This document shows, piece by piece, positions 45,101 through 55,639 of a stretch of 64,000 nucleotides of DNA (the stretch's first letter is position 1; each line of letters starts with the position of its first letter). A program made the translations under genes and the position numbers. This stretch comes from an uncultured virus (IMG/VR IMGVR_UViG_3300020057_001237) (taxonomy: Duplodnaviria; Heunggongvirae; Uroviricota; Caudoviricetes): the IMG/VR virus record IMGVR_UViG_3300020057_001237, one strand, 5' to 3'. The notes under the pieces are model-generated. The model worked only from the letters and a program-made list of their open reading frames with translations, made no database searches and was not told the origin of the DNA.

Positions 45101-47152
45101 GCTGTCGGCGTAGACCGTGACACAGACGCCTTGTCGCTTGTGAGCAAAATCAACTCCGAGCCGACCTTAAACCTCAAATATTTAGCAGTGTACGAAGGTG
45201 ACGGCTTGACTTCGGTGCGAGCTAAAGCTCTTGGTGGGTCCGCCTACAATCAGACCTTAACTGAGGTAGGTAGTACACTTACGGTATCAAGCATTATCGG
45301 TGATACCACTACGACTCAAGACGAAGTGCAACAGATTGACTTCTCGGCAGTTCCTAACTTAGGCAAGTTCAACCTTGCCTTCGGTGGCTACGTCACAGCC
45401 GACATCGACGCCTCGGCGTCGGCAGCTCAAGTGGCAGCAGCTCTAAACGCAATCCCCACCGTGCAAGATGCGTCAGTTAGCGGTGATTTCTTTACGGGGT
45501 TCACCGTTACCTTTACGGGGACAGACGGCTCCAAAGATCATCCACTCTTAGAAGTAGCCGGACCTGATTTACTTTTTTCACCTGCTGAAGTTGATGTATT
45601 ACCGAATACACTTACCTTAGTGAACCACGGCTTCTTTGAGGCACAGTCGCTTGGGTTCAGGACGACGGGCACTTTACCGTCACCTCTTACCCAAGGAACG
45701 ACGTATTACGTCCACATCATCGACGCTAACACAATTGAGGTGACGGCTACTCCAGGTGGAGTCATCGTCGATCTTGTCGATGGTGGTACAGGTTTCCATA
45801 GAGCACTGCGGAACAATCTCATGGATGGTTCTACTGCTGTAGAGATAACGATCTCGGAAACAACGCCGGGATTTGGTAACTACTTCGGCAGCGGCGTGTC
45901 TCAAGCTTTCGATAGCCAAGCGTTGACAAATGCCTTAAACAACAGCGCTGTCGTCAATAAACTTTACACTGCGGCGTATGTCCCTGGAACGGTGACGATC
46001 ACAGCTAAGACTGCGGGCACACCTTTCAATCAACCAATCTTGCTGTCGGGAACTTCGCTTAACACGACGGACCTTATCGGCGGCGTTGATCCTAAGTACG
46101 ACTTACCGATGGTAGCTTTCAAACCTGCCTACTATCGAGATGCGCCAGTCATAGCTTTGGATGGTGTTAGTACCAGACTGTATGATATCTATAGTGGTAA
46201 CTCAGTCAAGTTTGATACAAAACCAGTGGCTCTACAGGAACCATACTTTATCTCGGAAGTGTTCCCCGTAGATCATCATCCAATGGACTCAATGGTGGCA
46301 AACCAACCGTGCAGTTATCCTAAGGGAGCCTTCGCTCAAGGTCTCTCCGCACAGCTTACCGACATAGAATTTGATGTCGAGCAAGAAGGCTTGCTCAATA
46401 TCTTCATCGACAACTTGCCAATTCAGGAAGCGCCGGTAGGTGCAATCGACGGCGTAAACGTCACTTACGACCTTACGTTCAATTCGTGCGCGGGCAAAGA
46501 CAGTATGATGCTCTTCATCGACGGTATCTTCCAACCGCCGACGACTTTCGCTTACTCGACATTCTCAGGTCATGGTCGGATCGTACTGTCGGCAGCGCTC
46601 GTCCCACCGCAAAAGCTTTGGATTTGGTACCTCCCCACAGGAGATGCCTGCGTAGAAGAACATGTCGTAGAACTTACAGGTGTTATCGACAATTTCAATC
46701 AGAACTTCGGCGTGCCCGACAGTCCGTTTGTAAATCGCTCCGCACTTGTCGTCTTCCTTCAAGGCTTGTTCAACCTCCAAGACGTTGACTACACAGTTGA
46801 CTTAGGCAATACGTCGATCACTTACTCGGGGGCTTTAGCACCGGCAGTGGGTCAAAGCTTGTGGGGGCATTTCAACAACGGCAACATCGGCTTTGAGACC
46901 TGGCGTCAGCTTCAAATTGGAGTCGGTGACGGCGTAACCGCAACATTCCTAATTCCCACTTTGATTACAGGTGATTTGCCGACCTCGCAAGATTCAATCC
47001 TGCTCGCATTAGACGGTTTAATGCAAAGAGAAGGCGTTGATTTCACGGTGAATCTTGGCTTGGACAGCTTTCCAGACGGTAACATAACTTTCACTGGTGG
47101 GGCACCCGAGCTTGGTCGCAAAATCCAAGTGGCTTACATACGGCGAGGCTAA
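42107..47152 (+). CDS. Large baseplate wedge/fibre-attachment protein with repeated beta modules
   Basis: Follows baseplate J; about five repeats of G.(V/I)DG.N..F.L...(I/L)DG..Q..DY; Thr/Gly-rich beta domains. Confidence 0.7.
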   Translation: MASFDIEYNIGEDLVVYKRLLDQLPKGQDNLNQGLVLPSNTTLTPLSLLIKNVKPNIPHILYVTAENGTPPVQQIGFVPTSTSFPITIPLLKGVNTIFIIDNTGFRTRFSVSVTHYALLFRAHAREINEHSIIPLDRVEANITSSIGYVLAAPLIADVNKFIPTDLEILGTLSNKLLVKNLLFRPGTTPAVIEILTAFGASHPVFNPMKNIGIPETPLYRPEEHFSGFEAHMWLPNREVERWKAFSIFLNNLPQLYSIQQITEGEIYVKVGDRIHRHNFDFESDFANTVLEGGAGDDCFNRLFRLDISSEGEMFIGFCQASYFMDSVLPAPGLETPDTDLLGVTNFQDWTLTGRMDQQWDHSYGAHEWHYDSPLFGVVDGNNRYFDLAFDPNSARAVKILIDGLLLRLNLDYRISVGSDFRSGVYQLPNSMSPILIDAGVGDPRPFLGPSFSSIEIVGSGDAQYLVTATNQTLTSLSFVISHPPSAPASDEEGRLHYTSPALLAPNYAGDNQYGTETLVIGSTAHIITFPTPLLNVDYQLIVQYAEDPAGTPTSVSQLHSIVRNHTLTTAVVEFSEAVVSPNAKLHWWAIEEDSVALERGTITLTSSISDILLAFTAGPYLDQVVLILQLWNTTGVGSVDLPLVSFTNLNQFSAKVLFSHEIPDGNYRLDYIIFPSQAGNLVEIFAPPGPTQLVEAHYDVEWTHWENAGPLEPVDGLKNTFTLYSPCPIPEAMYATLDGRLLTQGLDQQYVLDGPTHVRLNFTPEFGQKLWFVYPIADLGGNPPDSSWYQGFLARQADTTGALATGFVTNASTIDDGNTLTISGETFTAKNTARGSISNTTRILVGDAVTFVEEGITLIGAPFLALPTTGVAETTSINVIGDFAGSLNSTFFLIDSPTTSYYVWFNVGGVGVDPAVFGRTAVEVALNTNDAATQVAVALSSALDSLSDFTSSPQVATVQVACTQVGDVLNTTDGGNPTSFSFVVGIDGSDPTYTPFEFAVGVDRDTDALSLVSKINSEPTLNLKYLAVYEGDGLTSVRAKALGGSAYNQTLTEVGSTLTVSSIIGDTTTTQDEVQQIDFSAVPNLGKFNLAFGGYVTADIDASASAAQVAAALNAIPTVQDASVSGDFFTGFTVTFTGTDGSKDHPLLEVAGPDLLFSPAEVDVLPNTLTLVNHGFFEAQSLGFRTTGTLPSPLTQGTTYYVHIIDANTIEVTATPGGVIVDLVDGGTGFHRALRNNLMDGSTAVEITISETTPGFGNYFGSGVSQAFDSQALTNALNNSAVVNKLYTAAYVPGTVTITAKTAGTPFNQPILLSGTSLNTTDLIGGVDPKYDLPMVAFKPAYYRDAPVIALDGVSTRLYDIYSGNSVKFDTKPVALQEPYFISEVFPVDHHPMDSMVANQPCSYPKGAFAQGLSAQLTDIEFDVEQEGLLNIFIDNLPIQEAPVGAIDGVNVTYDLTFNSCAGKDSMMLFIDGIFQPPTTFAYSTFSGHGRIVLSAALVPPQKLWIWYLPTGDACVEEHVVELTGVIDNFNQNFGVPDSPFVNRSALVVFLQGLFNLQDVDYTVDLGNTSITYSGALAPAVGQSLWGHFNNGNIGFETWRQLQIGVGDGVTATFLIPTLITGDLPTSQDSILLALDGLMQREGVDFTVNLGLDSFPDGNITFTGGAPELGRKIQVAYIRRG

Positions 47153-47155
47153 GCT

Positions 47156-50008
47156 TTGACTGCTAACGAAAAAATCCGAACAGAGGACGTGGTTGAGATC
47201 TTAGACAATAAGATCCTGACGACGAGAGCACACACCGCATTAGGTGTAATCGCAAGAGAGAATTACGATTCTGTTTTGGGAAAAATTGCGGGTCAGGTTC
47301 TTTCCCCTGCTGAAAAAGAAGCCTTCGACAACACGCTTTCGGCTCCGTCAGCTTCAAACCCTGTCGTACTCAAAGAAGATCTTCAGACTTACATCCCGCT
47401 TGCTGACTTAGGTGATGTCAAAGATACCGTCGCCACCTTTTCGGCGCTGCCTCTTTCTGGAAACACTACAGGTGACTTAAGAGCAGTGATTGCCGACAAC
47501 ATCATTTACCGTTGGAACGGTACCGGGTGGGATATCTTTATCCACACAGGTACGCTTGACCACACCGAGCTTACGAATCAAAACGGCGATCCTAATTTTC
47601 AACACTTGACGCTTGCCGAGAAGACGACTCTTCTTACGCAGACGCACACGCACTCTAACTTACCGATCTTAGAGCAAATCCTTAGTTCAGGTTCGGGACA
47701 AATCATTACGGCGGCTGAAAGAAACCGTTTGCCGTCCGTAGGTGAAAAAGAAGCGCTGGCGGGAACGAGCGGCGTGCCTTCGACGACCAACCGCTACGTC
47801 ACCAACCAAGACCCTCGTCTTTCGACGACAAGGAATCCGTATGTAACCATCGGACCACCGGGATCTCTTGCAAGCTTCAGCGGTGTTGACTTCCGTCCTT
47901 TCGAAGATGCTTTAGTCGCCATCGACATCGGCTCTGCCAACTCGGTTAAAGCCATTGAAGTTCTTCCAGGTACATATACCGTAGGCGGCGTAGTTTTGAA
48001 ATGGGACGTGCAAAACTCCGCACTCCTTTTTGAAGCCTTCGTTCCGGGTACTGTTGTCCTTTCGTTTCAAACGTTTACCGCAGGTGTCCAAGCTCTCTTG
48101 CCTGGAACCGGACCTGTTACGATCCGTGGATTTACCTTCGAGCTTAATGACCTCGGAACCTCAGGCATCCTCTCGCAAAGAGCCAACACTCTTATTGAAG
48201 ACTGTGTTTTCAAACCCGGTCCTACTACTTCAGTAGATCAAATCGGTGTCATCTTGGAAGGTGCTAACAGCGTCGTCCGTAGATGCCGATTTGAAAACGA
48301 ACTTGAAAAAGGTGTCGAGATTCGAGCCGCAAATTGCCGTGTGGAAGATTGTATCTTCAACTTGTCTAACCCGCAGAAGTTCGGTGTGTATGTTGCCGCA
48401 GGTGGTAACAACGCCATCATCGACCACAACATGTTTCTGCGTGGACGAATCAAGATCTTAGATTCGACAGTCCTATTCACGCAAGTTTCAAACAACTACT
48501 ACAACATCGCTTCGACGGCATTGAATCCAACGATCTCCGTAGGTACACCTGCGGTCGCCTCCATCGTAAACTTCTTGACCAACTTAGATCTTGTGACCTT
48601 AGACAGTACGGGTAACCTGCCGACAGGTCTTGTCAAAGGCAGACGCTACTACGTCAGAAACAGAACGCCGACGCAATTCAACTTAAGTCTATTACCAAGC
48701 GGACCACTCGCTGCCACAACTGGTGCGGGCTCGGGGGTTCACACCGTACAAGTCGTCGAGTTCGTAAAAGACGACGGTTCTTCTAGTAGAATTTTAGAGA
48801 ACCAACCTGAAGACTACAATCAGCCTTTCATCGGCAAGACTCGCACGATTGGTCCTGAGGGAACTTACGCCGACTACAGAGGTAGTTCGCAGGTCCCTTT
48901 TTGGAAAGCCGTCGATGACCCTACGGTTAAAGAGATAGAAATTCTTCCAGGTGTTTACACCTTCACTGAATCCGTTACGTTGCCCGCAGGTTTTAAGGTA
49001 AGAGGCGTCACTCAAAACTCCTCCACCGATGTTGTCTCCATCATTGGTCCTTCGGGCTTACCGCCCTTCATATTGTCTACCGACACGACGGTAGAAAACA
49101 TCACGTTCCAAAACACGGCAGCGGCAGCTCTTCAAGCGACGAGTGCGACCAACATCCGAATCGACCGTTGTACTTTCAACTCGATCAGCGACTTCGCCGT
49201 AAAGCTTACGAGTTGCACAGACTATCAGTTACGTTTTTGTTCCTTCCAAGGTGTCAGCGGTCTTTCCACGACGACATCAACGAGAGGGAAAATTCTTAAC
49301 AACAAATTTAACTGCACGACAGCAAACCTTACTATGGTCGGCGTTTGCCAAAACGATCACATCAAAGATAACTACTTCTTGTCTACGGTTGCACCGGCAT
49401 TGGTAGGGCAGCGGTTGATCGTCGAAGGTAACCATTTCCTTGGCAACCTTCCAACAAAGATCAACACTACGCTTTCAGTTTGGCAAAGTAACTACCCAGC
49501 ACCGCAAGCTAACAACGTCGAAGGCGTAGACACAATCGAGCTTTCGCTTGACGGTTTCCTTGAGCCTCTCAGCGGTCCCGTCGCAAAAAGCTCGATTGTG
49601 AGCTGTGGGTCGGTGTCCTTTGGAGACAGTCTAACTGGCTCTGCGGTGACGTTGCCGATCAAGTTACCGGCTCGTCTCAACACGGTACTTGGTTTCACCG
49701 TACAGCTTTATTGGTCTTCGACTGTGCTTTCGAACAGTGTCATGTGGGAAGTGACACCGGTCTTCCGTGATGCTGTGGCGGGAACTTTAGGTTCGTCGTC
49801 AAGCCAGCAGCAGCTTTCTGCCCGTTCGGCGGTCTCCGCAAACGCAGAAACCTCTCAATCGTTCACGTTCACGACGTTGGCGTATGGTGGGACGGCAACA
49901 CCAACACACGTATCCTTCATTGTTTCTCGCATAGGTGCTCACCCATCTGATAACTTAGCAGGTGTAGCGCATCTTCTAGATGTGAAGATCGTTCTACCAC
50001 GGGATTAA
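47156..50008 (+). CDS. Tail fibre/tailspike paralogue 1 with parallel beta-helix domains
   Basis: Conserved N-terminus NEKIRTEDVVEILD; repeated IEDCxF/RCxF rungs; PGxYT motifs. Confidence 0.75.
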   Translation: MTANEKIRTEDVVEILDNKILTTRAHTALGVIARENYDSVLGKIAGQVLSPAEKEAFDNTLSAPSASNPVVLKEDLQTYIPLADLGDVKDTVATFSALPLSGNTTGDLRAVIADNIIYRWNGTGWDIFIHTGTLDHTELTNQNGDPNFQHLTLAEKTTLLTQTHTHSNLPILEQILSSGSGQIITAAERNRLPSVGEKEALAGTSGVPSTTNRYVTNQDPRLSTTRNPYVTIGPPGSLASFSGVDFRPFEDALVAIDIGSANSVKAIEVLPGTYTVGGVVLKWDVQNSALLFEAFVPGTVVLSFQTFTAGVQALLPGTGPVTIRGFTFELNDLGTSGILSQRANTLIEDCVFKPGPTTSVDQIGVILEGANSVVRRCRFENELEKGVEIRAANCRVEDCIFNLSNPQKFGVYVAAGGNNAIIDHNMFLRGRIKILDSTVLFTQVSNNYYNIASTALNPTISVGTPAVASIVNFLTNLDLVTLDSTGNLPTGLVKGRRYYVRNRTPTQFNLSLLPSGPLAATTGAGSGVHTVQVVEFVKDDGSSSRILENQPEDYNQPFIGKTRTIGPEGTYADYRGSSQVPFWKAVDDPTVKEIEILPGVYTFTESVTLPAGFKVRGVTQNSSTDVVSIIGPSGLPPFILSTDTTVENITFQNTAAAALQATSATNIRIDRCTFNSISDFAVKLTSCTDYQLRFCSFQGVSGLSTTTSTRGKILNNKFNCTTANLTMVGVCQNDHIKDNYFLSTVAPALVGQRLIVEGNHFLGNLPTKINTTLSVWQSNYPAPQANNVEGVDTIELSLDGFLEPLSGPVAKSSIVSCGSVSFGDSLTGSAVTLPIKLPARLNTVLGFTVQLYWSSTVLSNSVMWEVTPVFRDAVAGTLGSSSSQQQLSARSAVSANAETSQSFTFTTLAYGGTATPTHVSFIVSRIGAHPSDNLAGVAHLLDVKIVLPRD

Positions 50009-50011
50009 AAG

Positions 50012-53000
50012 ATGGCATTCAATGAGAAAATTAGGACTCCAGACATTGTAGAGATCTTAGACGTAAAGATCTTTACTAAGAATGCACATCCGCAAATCTT
50101 CGTCGCTGCCTTAGACCGCTACGACGACGTGCTCGATTTTCTACAACTCCAAATTTTGTCGCCCGATCAAAAAGCAGCAATTGATGCTGTAGCTTCGACG
50201 CCATCTGCCTCAAACCCTGTCGTTCTAAAAGACGACATTCCCGTTTACTACCCAACTTCAGATCTAGGTCAGATCAGGGACGCAGTATCCGCTCTCGTAG
50301 ATCTTCCCGTAGTGGTAACGCCGACAGGTGACACAACGTCGGGATCTGCTACCGTAGACAACCTTTCGTCTATGGGGTCAGTCCTCGTCGGGCAAGCTGT
50401 GTCCGGAGCCGGTATACCGGCGAGTGCCTACGTCTTAAGTGTTGGCGTGTCGTCGTTCACGATGAATTTGCTAGCGACCGCTACAGCCGTAGGTACGACT
50501 TTGACTTTAAGTCCTACCCTTGACGACGTTCGTCCCGTGCTGACCTTGAGCGCTCTTTACCGCTGGAACGGTACGATTTGGTACGAGTTCATCGACACTG
50601 GAACACTTGACCACACTCAGCTCACGAACCAAGACGGGCAAGTTGCAGCACCGCAGTATCGACATTTGACTCAGACAGAAAAGAGTTCGCTCTTATCTTT
50701 GAGCCATCTACATAGTAATTTACCGATCTTGGATCTCATCACCGATGCGGGCAGTGGGCAAATTATTACGGCGGCTGAAAGAAACCGTCTACCGTCTTCC
50801 GACGAAAAAGATGCTTTAGCAGGCACGCAGGGCTCGCCATCTCTTACAAATAAATTCGTAACCAACGTAGACCCACGTCTTAATACGCTTAAAAATCCTT
50901 ACGTCTCTGTCGGTACAGGTATCCCAACCGCTACCTTCCCAGGCAATACAGGAGCGGTTCTTAGGGAAGCTGTCGTCGGCGTCTCAAGTTTCGACTGCGC
51001 CGTTACGGTAGCTTCTCCAACTGTCGTCACACCTGCCGGTGGTAACTACTTCAGGGATCAAGATTTCGTCTTCTTTAGGACGGATGGGGCTTTGCCTTTA
51101 GGTCTCTTGACGCAGACGCCTTACCGTGTGCGTAACGCTTCAGCGACCGACTTCAATGTTTCCCTCGCTGTCGATGGACCCGCAGGTCCCCTCGTCAATG
51201 TCACTGCTACGGGCACAGGAAGTCTGCGAGTCGGTGGCAGCAACGACCAAGTGAAGGCAATAGAAATTTTGCCTCAGGTCTTTACGTTCGTCGGACTAGC
51301 AGCCGCTCAGGTGTGGTCGCTTCAGCCAGAGTCTCTTCTTCTTGAATCACTCACGCCTCGTGGTGCGACGTTCCAAACGACGATTCCAACAGAGCTTATC
51401 ACCATCGCTGCGAATGCGAGTGATGCACCTGTTACGATTAGAGGAATAAAGTTCGGCTTAAACGCCAACTCGGCTAAAGGCATCGCCATAAATCGCCCCT
51501 ACTGCGTTATCGAAGATTGCGTCTTCACCGGAGGAGCTTTCACAGGGCTTGTCGGTCTAACGGCAAATGCCCCCTTCGTCGTCATTAAACGATGTAAGTT
51601 TAAGGGGACTTTCGCGGAGGCTCTGATCGTAAACGGCGAATTTTGCCGCATTGAAGACTGTGAGTTTGATTTAGTCTCTTCAGTTACGCCTGCCGTCTCT
51701 ATGAACGGCAGCTACGGTATCATATCGTCGGCTTCTATGAAGATAGGTCAAATCACTATAGCGTCGTGGGTTACCAATACTCAGATCTCCGACTCGAACT
51801 TTTCAGCACTGTCTTCAGTAATCGACAACGGTACCGACACACGCTTTATCCATTCGCCGTCTGCTGCGAATGCCTTCGGTCAGCCTTTCCTTGGAAGAAA
51901 GCGGACAATCGGACCTTCGACTTCGTTTGCGGACTACCGAGGTGATACCCAAGCTGTCTTCGTGGAAGCCTTCGCTGATCCGCTTGCGAACGAGTTTGAA
52001 GTTTTTATCTATCCAACGTTTCCGTTTTCATATCAGTTCGCTTCTTCGGTCACGATACCATCTGGCAAGAAGCTCAAAGGTGTCCTTCAAGCAGGCGTTT
52101 ACCCAGAAGTGTCGGCAGCACCGGGCATTCCCGCATTCATCTTGAGTGACAACTCGACGATTGAAACGATGAGTATTACGACTACCGCCGCGCCTACACT
52201 TACCATTAACAATACGACGAATGTCGTCATTGACCGCTGCAAGCTTAACCTGAGTGGTCCTGATACTTCGGACGACTTCGGCGTATATTGTTTGAACTCC
52301 GATGATGTCACTGTCTCAAATACAGTATTCACAGGTCTTAGGGGCATCTCGGTCTCAGGCGGCAGCCGCCATAAGTTCTTAAGCAACGTCGTGCAGACGA
52401 CTAGTATTAGCATTTCGTTTGATCCTGGCGTGCTTGACGCTCACGTAAAAGACAACCACTTCACGGCAGGATCGTTGTCATTTGCCGGTTCTAATTTGAT
52501 TATAGAGGGCAACCATTTCTTAGGTGTGCTGCCTTCTAAAGGTGCAACCGTTTCGTCGGTATGGGAAAACAACTACCCTCACCCCGCAGCGAACAACTTC
52601 GCAGGCGTCGATACGCTTAAGGTCGAACTCGATAAATATCTTGAGAGCCGCACTCCAGGTTGTCAGCGGACTGCCTTTCTCGATTTCGGTACGCTTGCTT
52701 TTACGAATGCGGCTGAATCCAGTGCCGTAACTCTTCCCGTTAAGTTAGGAGGAGAGGTAGACACTACGGCAACTTACACGACGACCCTTAGGTGGACATC
52801 GGACTCGACGGCGGGAGATGTTTATTGGCGGATCACGACTGTCTTTAGGGACCGTAACACTGGTTTACTTGGCGCACCCAACGTGCAGACGGTAGTTTCT
52901 CCGAGAACGAACCTTACCTTTAGCGCAGACGAAACAGTCTCACTCTCGTTCCCTGCGACTTACGGCGTTACGACACCGACACATGTTTCTGTTGAGGTCT

Positions 53001-53083
53001 CACGCCTTGCTCTTGACGGCTCTGATACTTTACCGACATCTGCCTACCTTTTACAGGCACAGATTGACTTGAAGAGGCTATGA
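50012..53083 (+). CDS. Tail fibre/tailspike paralogue 2 with parallel beta-helix domains
   Basis: Collinear with paralogue 1 (NEKIRTPDIVEILD; TGTLDHT; GSGQIITAAERNRLPS; EGNHFLG). Confidence 0.75.
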   Translation: MAFNEKIRTPDIVEILDVKIFTKNAHPQIFVAALDRYDDVLDFLQLQILSPDQKAAIDAVASTPSASNPVVLKDDIPVYYPTSDLGQIRDAVSALVDLPVVVTPTGDTTSGSATVDNLSSMGSVLVGQAVSGAGIPASAYVLSVGVSSFTMNLLATATAVGTTLTLSPTLDDVRPVLTLSALYRWNGTIWYEFIDTGTLDHTQLTNQDGQVAAPQYRHLTQTEKSSLLSLSHLHSNLPILDLITDAGSGQIITAAERNRLPSSDEKDALAGTQGSPSLTNKFVTNVDPRLNTLKNPYVSVGTGIPTATFPGNTGAVLREAVVGVSSFDCAVTVASPTVVTPAGGNYFRDQDFVFFRTDGALPLGLLTQTPYRVRNASATDFNVSLAVDGPAGPLVNVTATGTGSLRVGGSNDQVKAIEILPQVFTFVGLAAAQVWSLQPESLLLESLTPRGATFQTTIPTELITIAANASDAPVTIRGIKFGLNANSAKGIAINRPYCVIEDCVFTGGAFTGLVGLTANAPFVVIKRCKFKGTFAEALIVNGEFCRIEDCEFDLVSSVTPAVSMNGSYGIISSASMKIGQITIASWVTNTQISDSNFSALSSVIDNGTDTRFIHSPSAANAFGQPFLGRKRTIGPSTSFADYRGDTQAVFVEAFADPLANEFEVFIYPTFPFSYQFASSVTIPSGKKLKGVLQAGVYPEVSAAPGIPAFILSDNSTIETMSITTTAAPTLTINNTTNVVIDRCKLNLSGPDTSDDFGVYCLNSDDVTVSNTVFTGLRGISVSGGSRHKFLSNVVQTTSISISFDPGVLDAHVKDNHFTAGSLSFAGSNLIIEGNHFLGVLPSKGATVSSVWENNYPHPAANNFAGVDTLKVELDKYLESRTPGCQRTAFLDFGTLAFTNAAESSAVTLPVKLGGEVDTTATYTTTLRWTSDSTAGDVYWRITTVFRDRNTGLLGAPNVQTVVSPRTNLTFSADETVSLSFPATYGVTTPTHVSVEVSRLALDGSDTLPTSAYLLQAQIDLKRL

Positions 53084-53295
53084 TGTATTTCGAACATTTG
53101 TACCAAAAAGATCCCGAAGAATACCTCAAGATGGATTTAGATAGCCTTTCAACGCCTGAGCTGAAAGAGCTTAGTTTTTATCTCTGGTACAAATTTCCAG
53201 AAGATGAAAAGATGATGGACTTTCGGGACAACAAAGTCATGCCGCGTTTGCAAGACGCAAGTGAAGAAGACGAGGACGGCGTAGATGGCGAATAA
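53080..53295 (+). CDS. Small acidic protein
   Basis: ATGA coupling; GAGG RBS. Confidence 0.55.
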   Translation: MMYFEHLYQKDPEEYLKMDLDSLSTPELKELSFYLWYKFPEDEKMMDFRDNKVMPRLQDASEEDEDGVDGE

Positions 53296-55585
53296 CATAA
53301 AAATTACGACAGAAGACGTAGATCAGATCTTAGATGGTAAGATCAAAGCTACCTCTGCTCATTCGCAGCTTACTGTTGCCATTGGTGACGACTACGACTC
53401 TGTTCTCTCCAAGATCACGGCACGTCTTCCCTCTCTTCCTGAGAAGCAAGCTCTCGACAACGCTTTGTTGCCGTCCGCCGTCAACCCTTATATTACTTTG
53501 TCTCAGCTCACCGCCGAGCTAGACGCTAAAATTCCTTGGGTTACCATCGGACTTGTTGGCTCCGGTTCAGATTACGAAGGCTCCGACGAGACCGCCTTTC
53601 AAAATGCGTTCACCGCTGGCGGTTCTTGGTTTCAGATTCGGGAAGGAACTTACACCTTCACCGCACCTCTGACGATCCCGACCAACGTGCGGCTTGTAGG
53701 AACTAGTGCTATCTCAACTGTGCTTACGGGAGCCTTCGCAGGTTCCGTTTTGACCGTTGGCGCTAACAGCTTCACCGGTTTTCTTTCCGTCACTCAAACA
53801 CTCGCCGGGGAAACGGCTCTTACCCTTGGAAACAACTCTAAGATTGAAAACGTCGTAGCAACGTCGCCGACTCTTGGAAAGACTTTAGTTGCCACAAGCA
53901 AAGTCGATCTCAAGATCTTTGAGAGCGTCTTCCAAGGTGGGACCGCACTTCTTACGAGCTGTACGGAAAGCTTTATCCACGGCTGCCTTCTCGATTCTCC
54001 CGCCGTCAACGCTTTAAGCCTTGTGACGAGTGGCAACATTTCTCTTACGTCTTGTATTTTTAAGCAGGGTTTCTTCCATTCGCTGTCGTCTACGAACTTG
54101 CGTGTCGTCGGCAACCATTTTGAGGATGGCACCAACTTAGTCACTTCGACGGCGATCCTTAGAGCAAACACGCCGAACACGTACAACAACGAAGAAGACG
54201 ACTTCGTTAAGATCTTATCCTATATAGGAAGCCCCTCTCTTCTCACTGAGAACCCTTCATACTCAAACAACTACGGTGGTCCTCCCGGAGAAGATCTTAC
54301 CGCACGGGTATCATCACTCGACCTTTTGATGCAATGGCGCTACGAAGAGCGGAACTTTCACCTTCTCGCTTCGGCGGAGCCGACGACGGTTACGTGGAAT
54401 CCAACGACGAATGCTTTGACAACTTCTGGTACGCTACGTCTTCAAAGCTCCCACAGGGACAGCTTTTGGACTTTGCCTATTTTATCAGCAGTCAATATTC
54501 CCACCGGCAACGCTCTTTACTATGTCATCGACAGGACGCTGACGACATCGCCGATCACTTTGACTCCGGTCATCGCACCGCTAGGATCAATACCTAATGA
54601 TCGTGCGAACCGTCAGATCTACGTCTTGGCGTTTGCTTTAGGGACTACTCTTTGGTGGCGAGGTGGTAACGGCTCAAGGTTCCCAGGAACTGGATCTCAA
54701 ACCGGAGTCTACTATGTAGACGGTACTTCTAAGAGCCTTCTCGACTTCCTCGGTGCGACTGACTACAACGATTTCGACCCTAACTACTCCGACAACTTTT
54801 CAGGTGTACAAGGGGAAAGCTTGGTCACCCGTCTTGGGAAGACCGACACTTTGATCCGCCGTCTCTTTGAGTATTCTAACCACGGCGTTCACCTTTCTGA
54901 TGCAGGCAGCATCACTGTGGAGACCGGACCTGGAGCGACTTACACCGTTGCTTTATCAGGTACATGGTACCTTTCGTATCCGCACGTCGCCGGTCGCATC
55001 ACGGCTTCGACGGCTTCGTGGGATTTAGCAGATGGTCAACTCGTATACTTCACCGTAAACCAAGGGGGACTGGCAGGCTCCGACGTAGCCATTTCGGCAA
55101 GTACCATCGTAGCAAACGGCTCCTTACCACTCCCGAATGCTTACCCTTTGACCACTAAGTATTTCGTCTTTGCTCGCCGTGTGGGTACATCTGTCTTTTT
55201 GTGGGACAATACCGAGCTGCCTGTAGGTGGTAGGTATCCGACGCCAATCGGACGTAAGGTGGTTCCCGTAGCTGTGCCTACCATTTTGACCGACAACGTG
55301 CAGTGGGACGGCACCAACTTCCTTTGGGAAGGTTTAAAGCTCGCCGTAAGCACGGGGCAATCACTTGACCGTAACGTCTTAGCTGACCGCACGACCTCTT
55401 TGGCAGGTACAACGAACTTAGCCGAAGGGGAAGGGCTCGTCGTAACTCACACTTGGAACGCTGGGTCAACCCCCCAAAACGTTTTCGTAGTCAAGTTAGC
55501 ACTGCCGCTCGTCAACCAGTTGGATCAAAACCAATTTCTTTGGGTAATGCGGCGAAATAACACGATAATTTTCATGAAGCCGTAA
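53285..55585 (+). CDS. Tail fibre/tailspike paralogue 3
   Basis: NIKITTEDVDQILDGKI N-terminus; one beta-helix region, then an internally repeated YIG..NPSYSNN..GEDLT.R motif. Confidence 0.72.
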   Translation: MANNIKITTEDVDQILDGKIKATSAHSQLTVAIGDDYDSVLSKITARLPSLPEKQALDNALLPSAVNPYITLSQLTAELDAKIPWVTIGLVGSGSDYEGSDETAFQNAFTAGGSWFQIREGTYTFTAPLTIPTNVRLVGTSAISTVLTGAFAGSVLTVGANSFTGFLSVTQTLAGETALTLGNNSKIENVVATSPTLGKTLVATSKVDLKIFESVFQGGTALLTSCTESFIHGCLLDSPAVNALSLVTSGNISLTSCIFKQGFFHSLSSTNLRVVGNHFEDGTNLVTSTAILRANTPNTYNNEEDDFVKILSYIGSPSLLTENPSYSNNYGGPPGEDLTARVSSLDLLMQWRYEERNFHLLASAEPTTVTWNPTTNALTTSGTLRLQSSHRDSFWTLPILSAVNIPTGNALYYVIDRTLTTSPITLTPVIAPLGSIPNDRANRQIYVLAFALGTTLWWRGGNGSRFPGTGSQTGVYYVDGTSKSLLDFLGATDYNDFDPNYSDNFSGVQGESLVTRLGKTDTLIRRLFEYSNHGVHLSDAGSITVETGPGATYTVALSGTWYLSYPHVAGRITASTASWDLADGQLVYFTVNQGGLAGSDVAISASTIVANGSLPLPNAYPLTTKYFVFARRVGTSVFLWDNTELPVGGRYPTPIGRKVVPVAVPTILTDNVQWDGTNFLWEGLKLAVSTGQSLDRNVLADRTTSLAGTTNLAEGEGLVVTHTWNAGSTPQNVFVVKLALPLVNQLDQNQFLWVMRRNNTIIFMKP

Positions 55586-55588
55586 CGG

Positions 55589-55615
55589 AAAAGCCCGCAT
55601 AGAGCGGGCTTTTTT
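55589..55615. terminator. Bidirectional rho-independent terminator
   Basis: AAAAGCCCGC-ATAGA-GCGGGCTTTTTT between convergent genes. Confidence 0.9.
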
Positions 55616-55639
55616 GTCAGAAAAACATATATGTTTTTC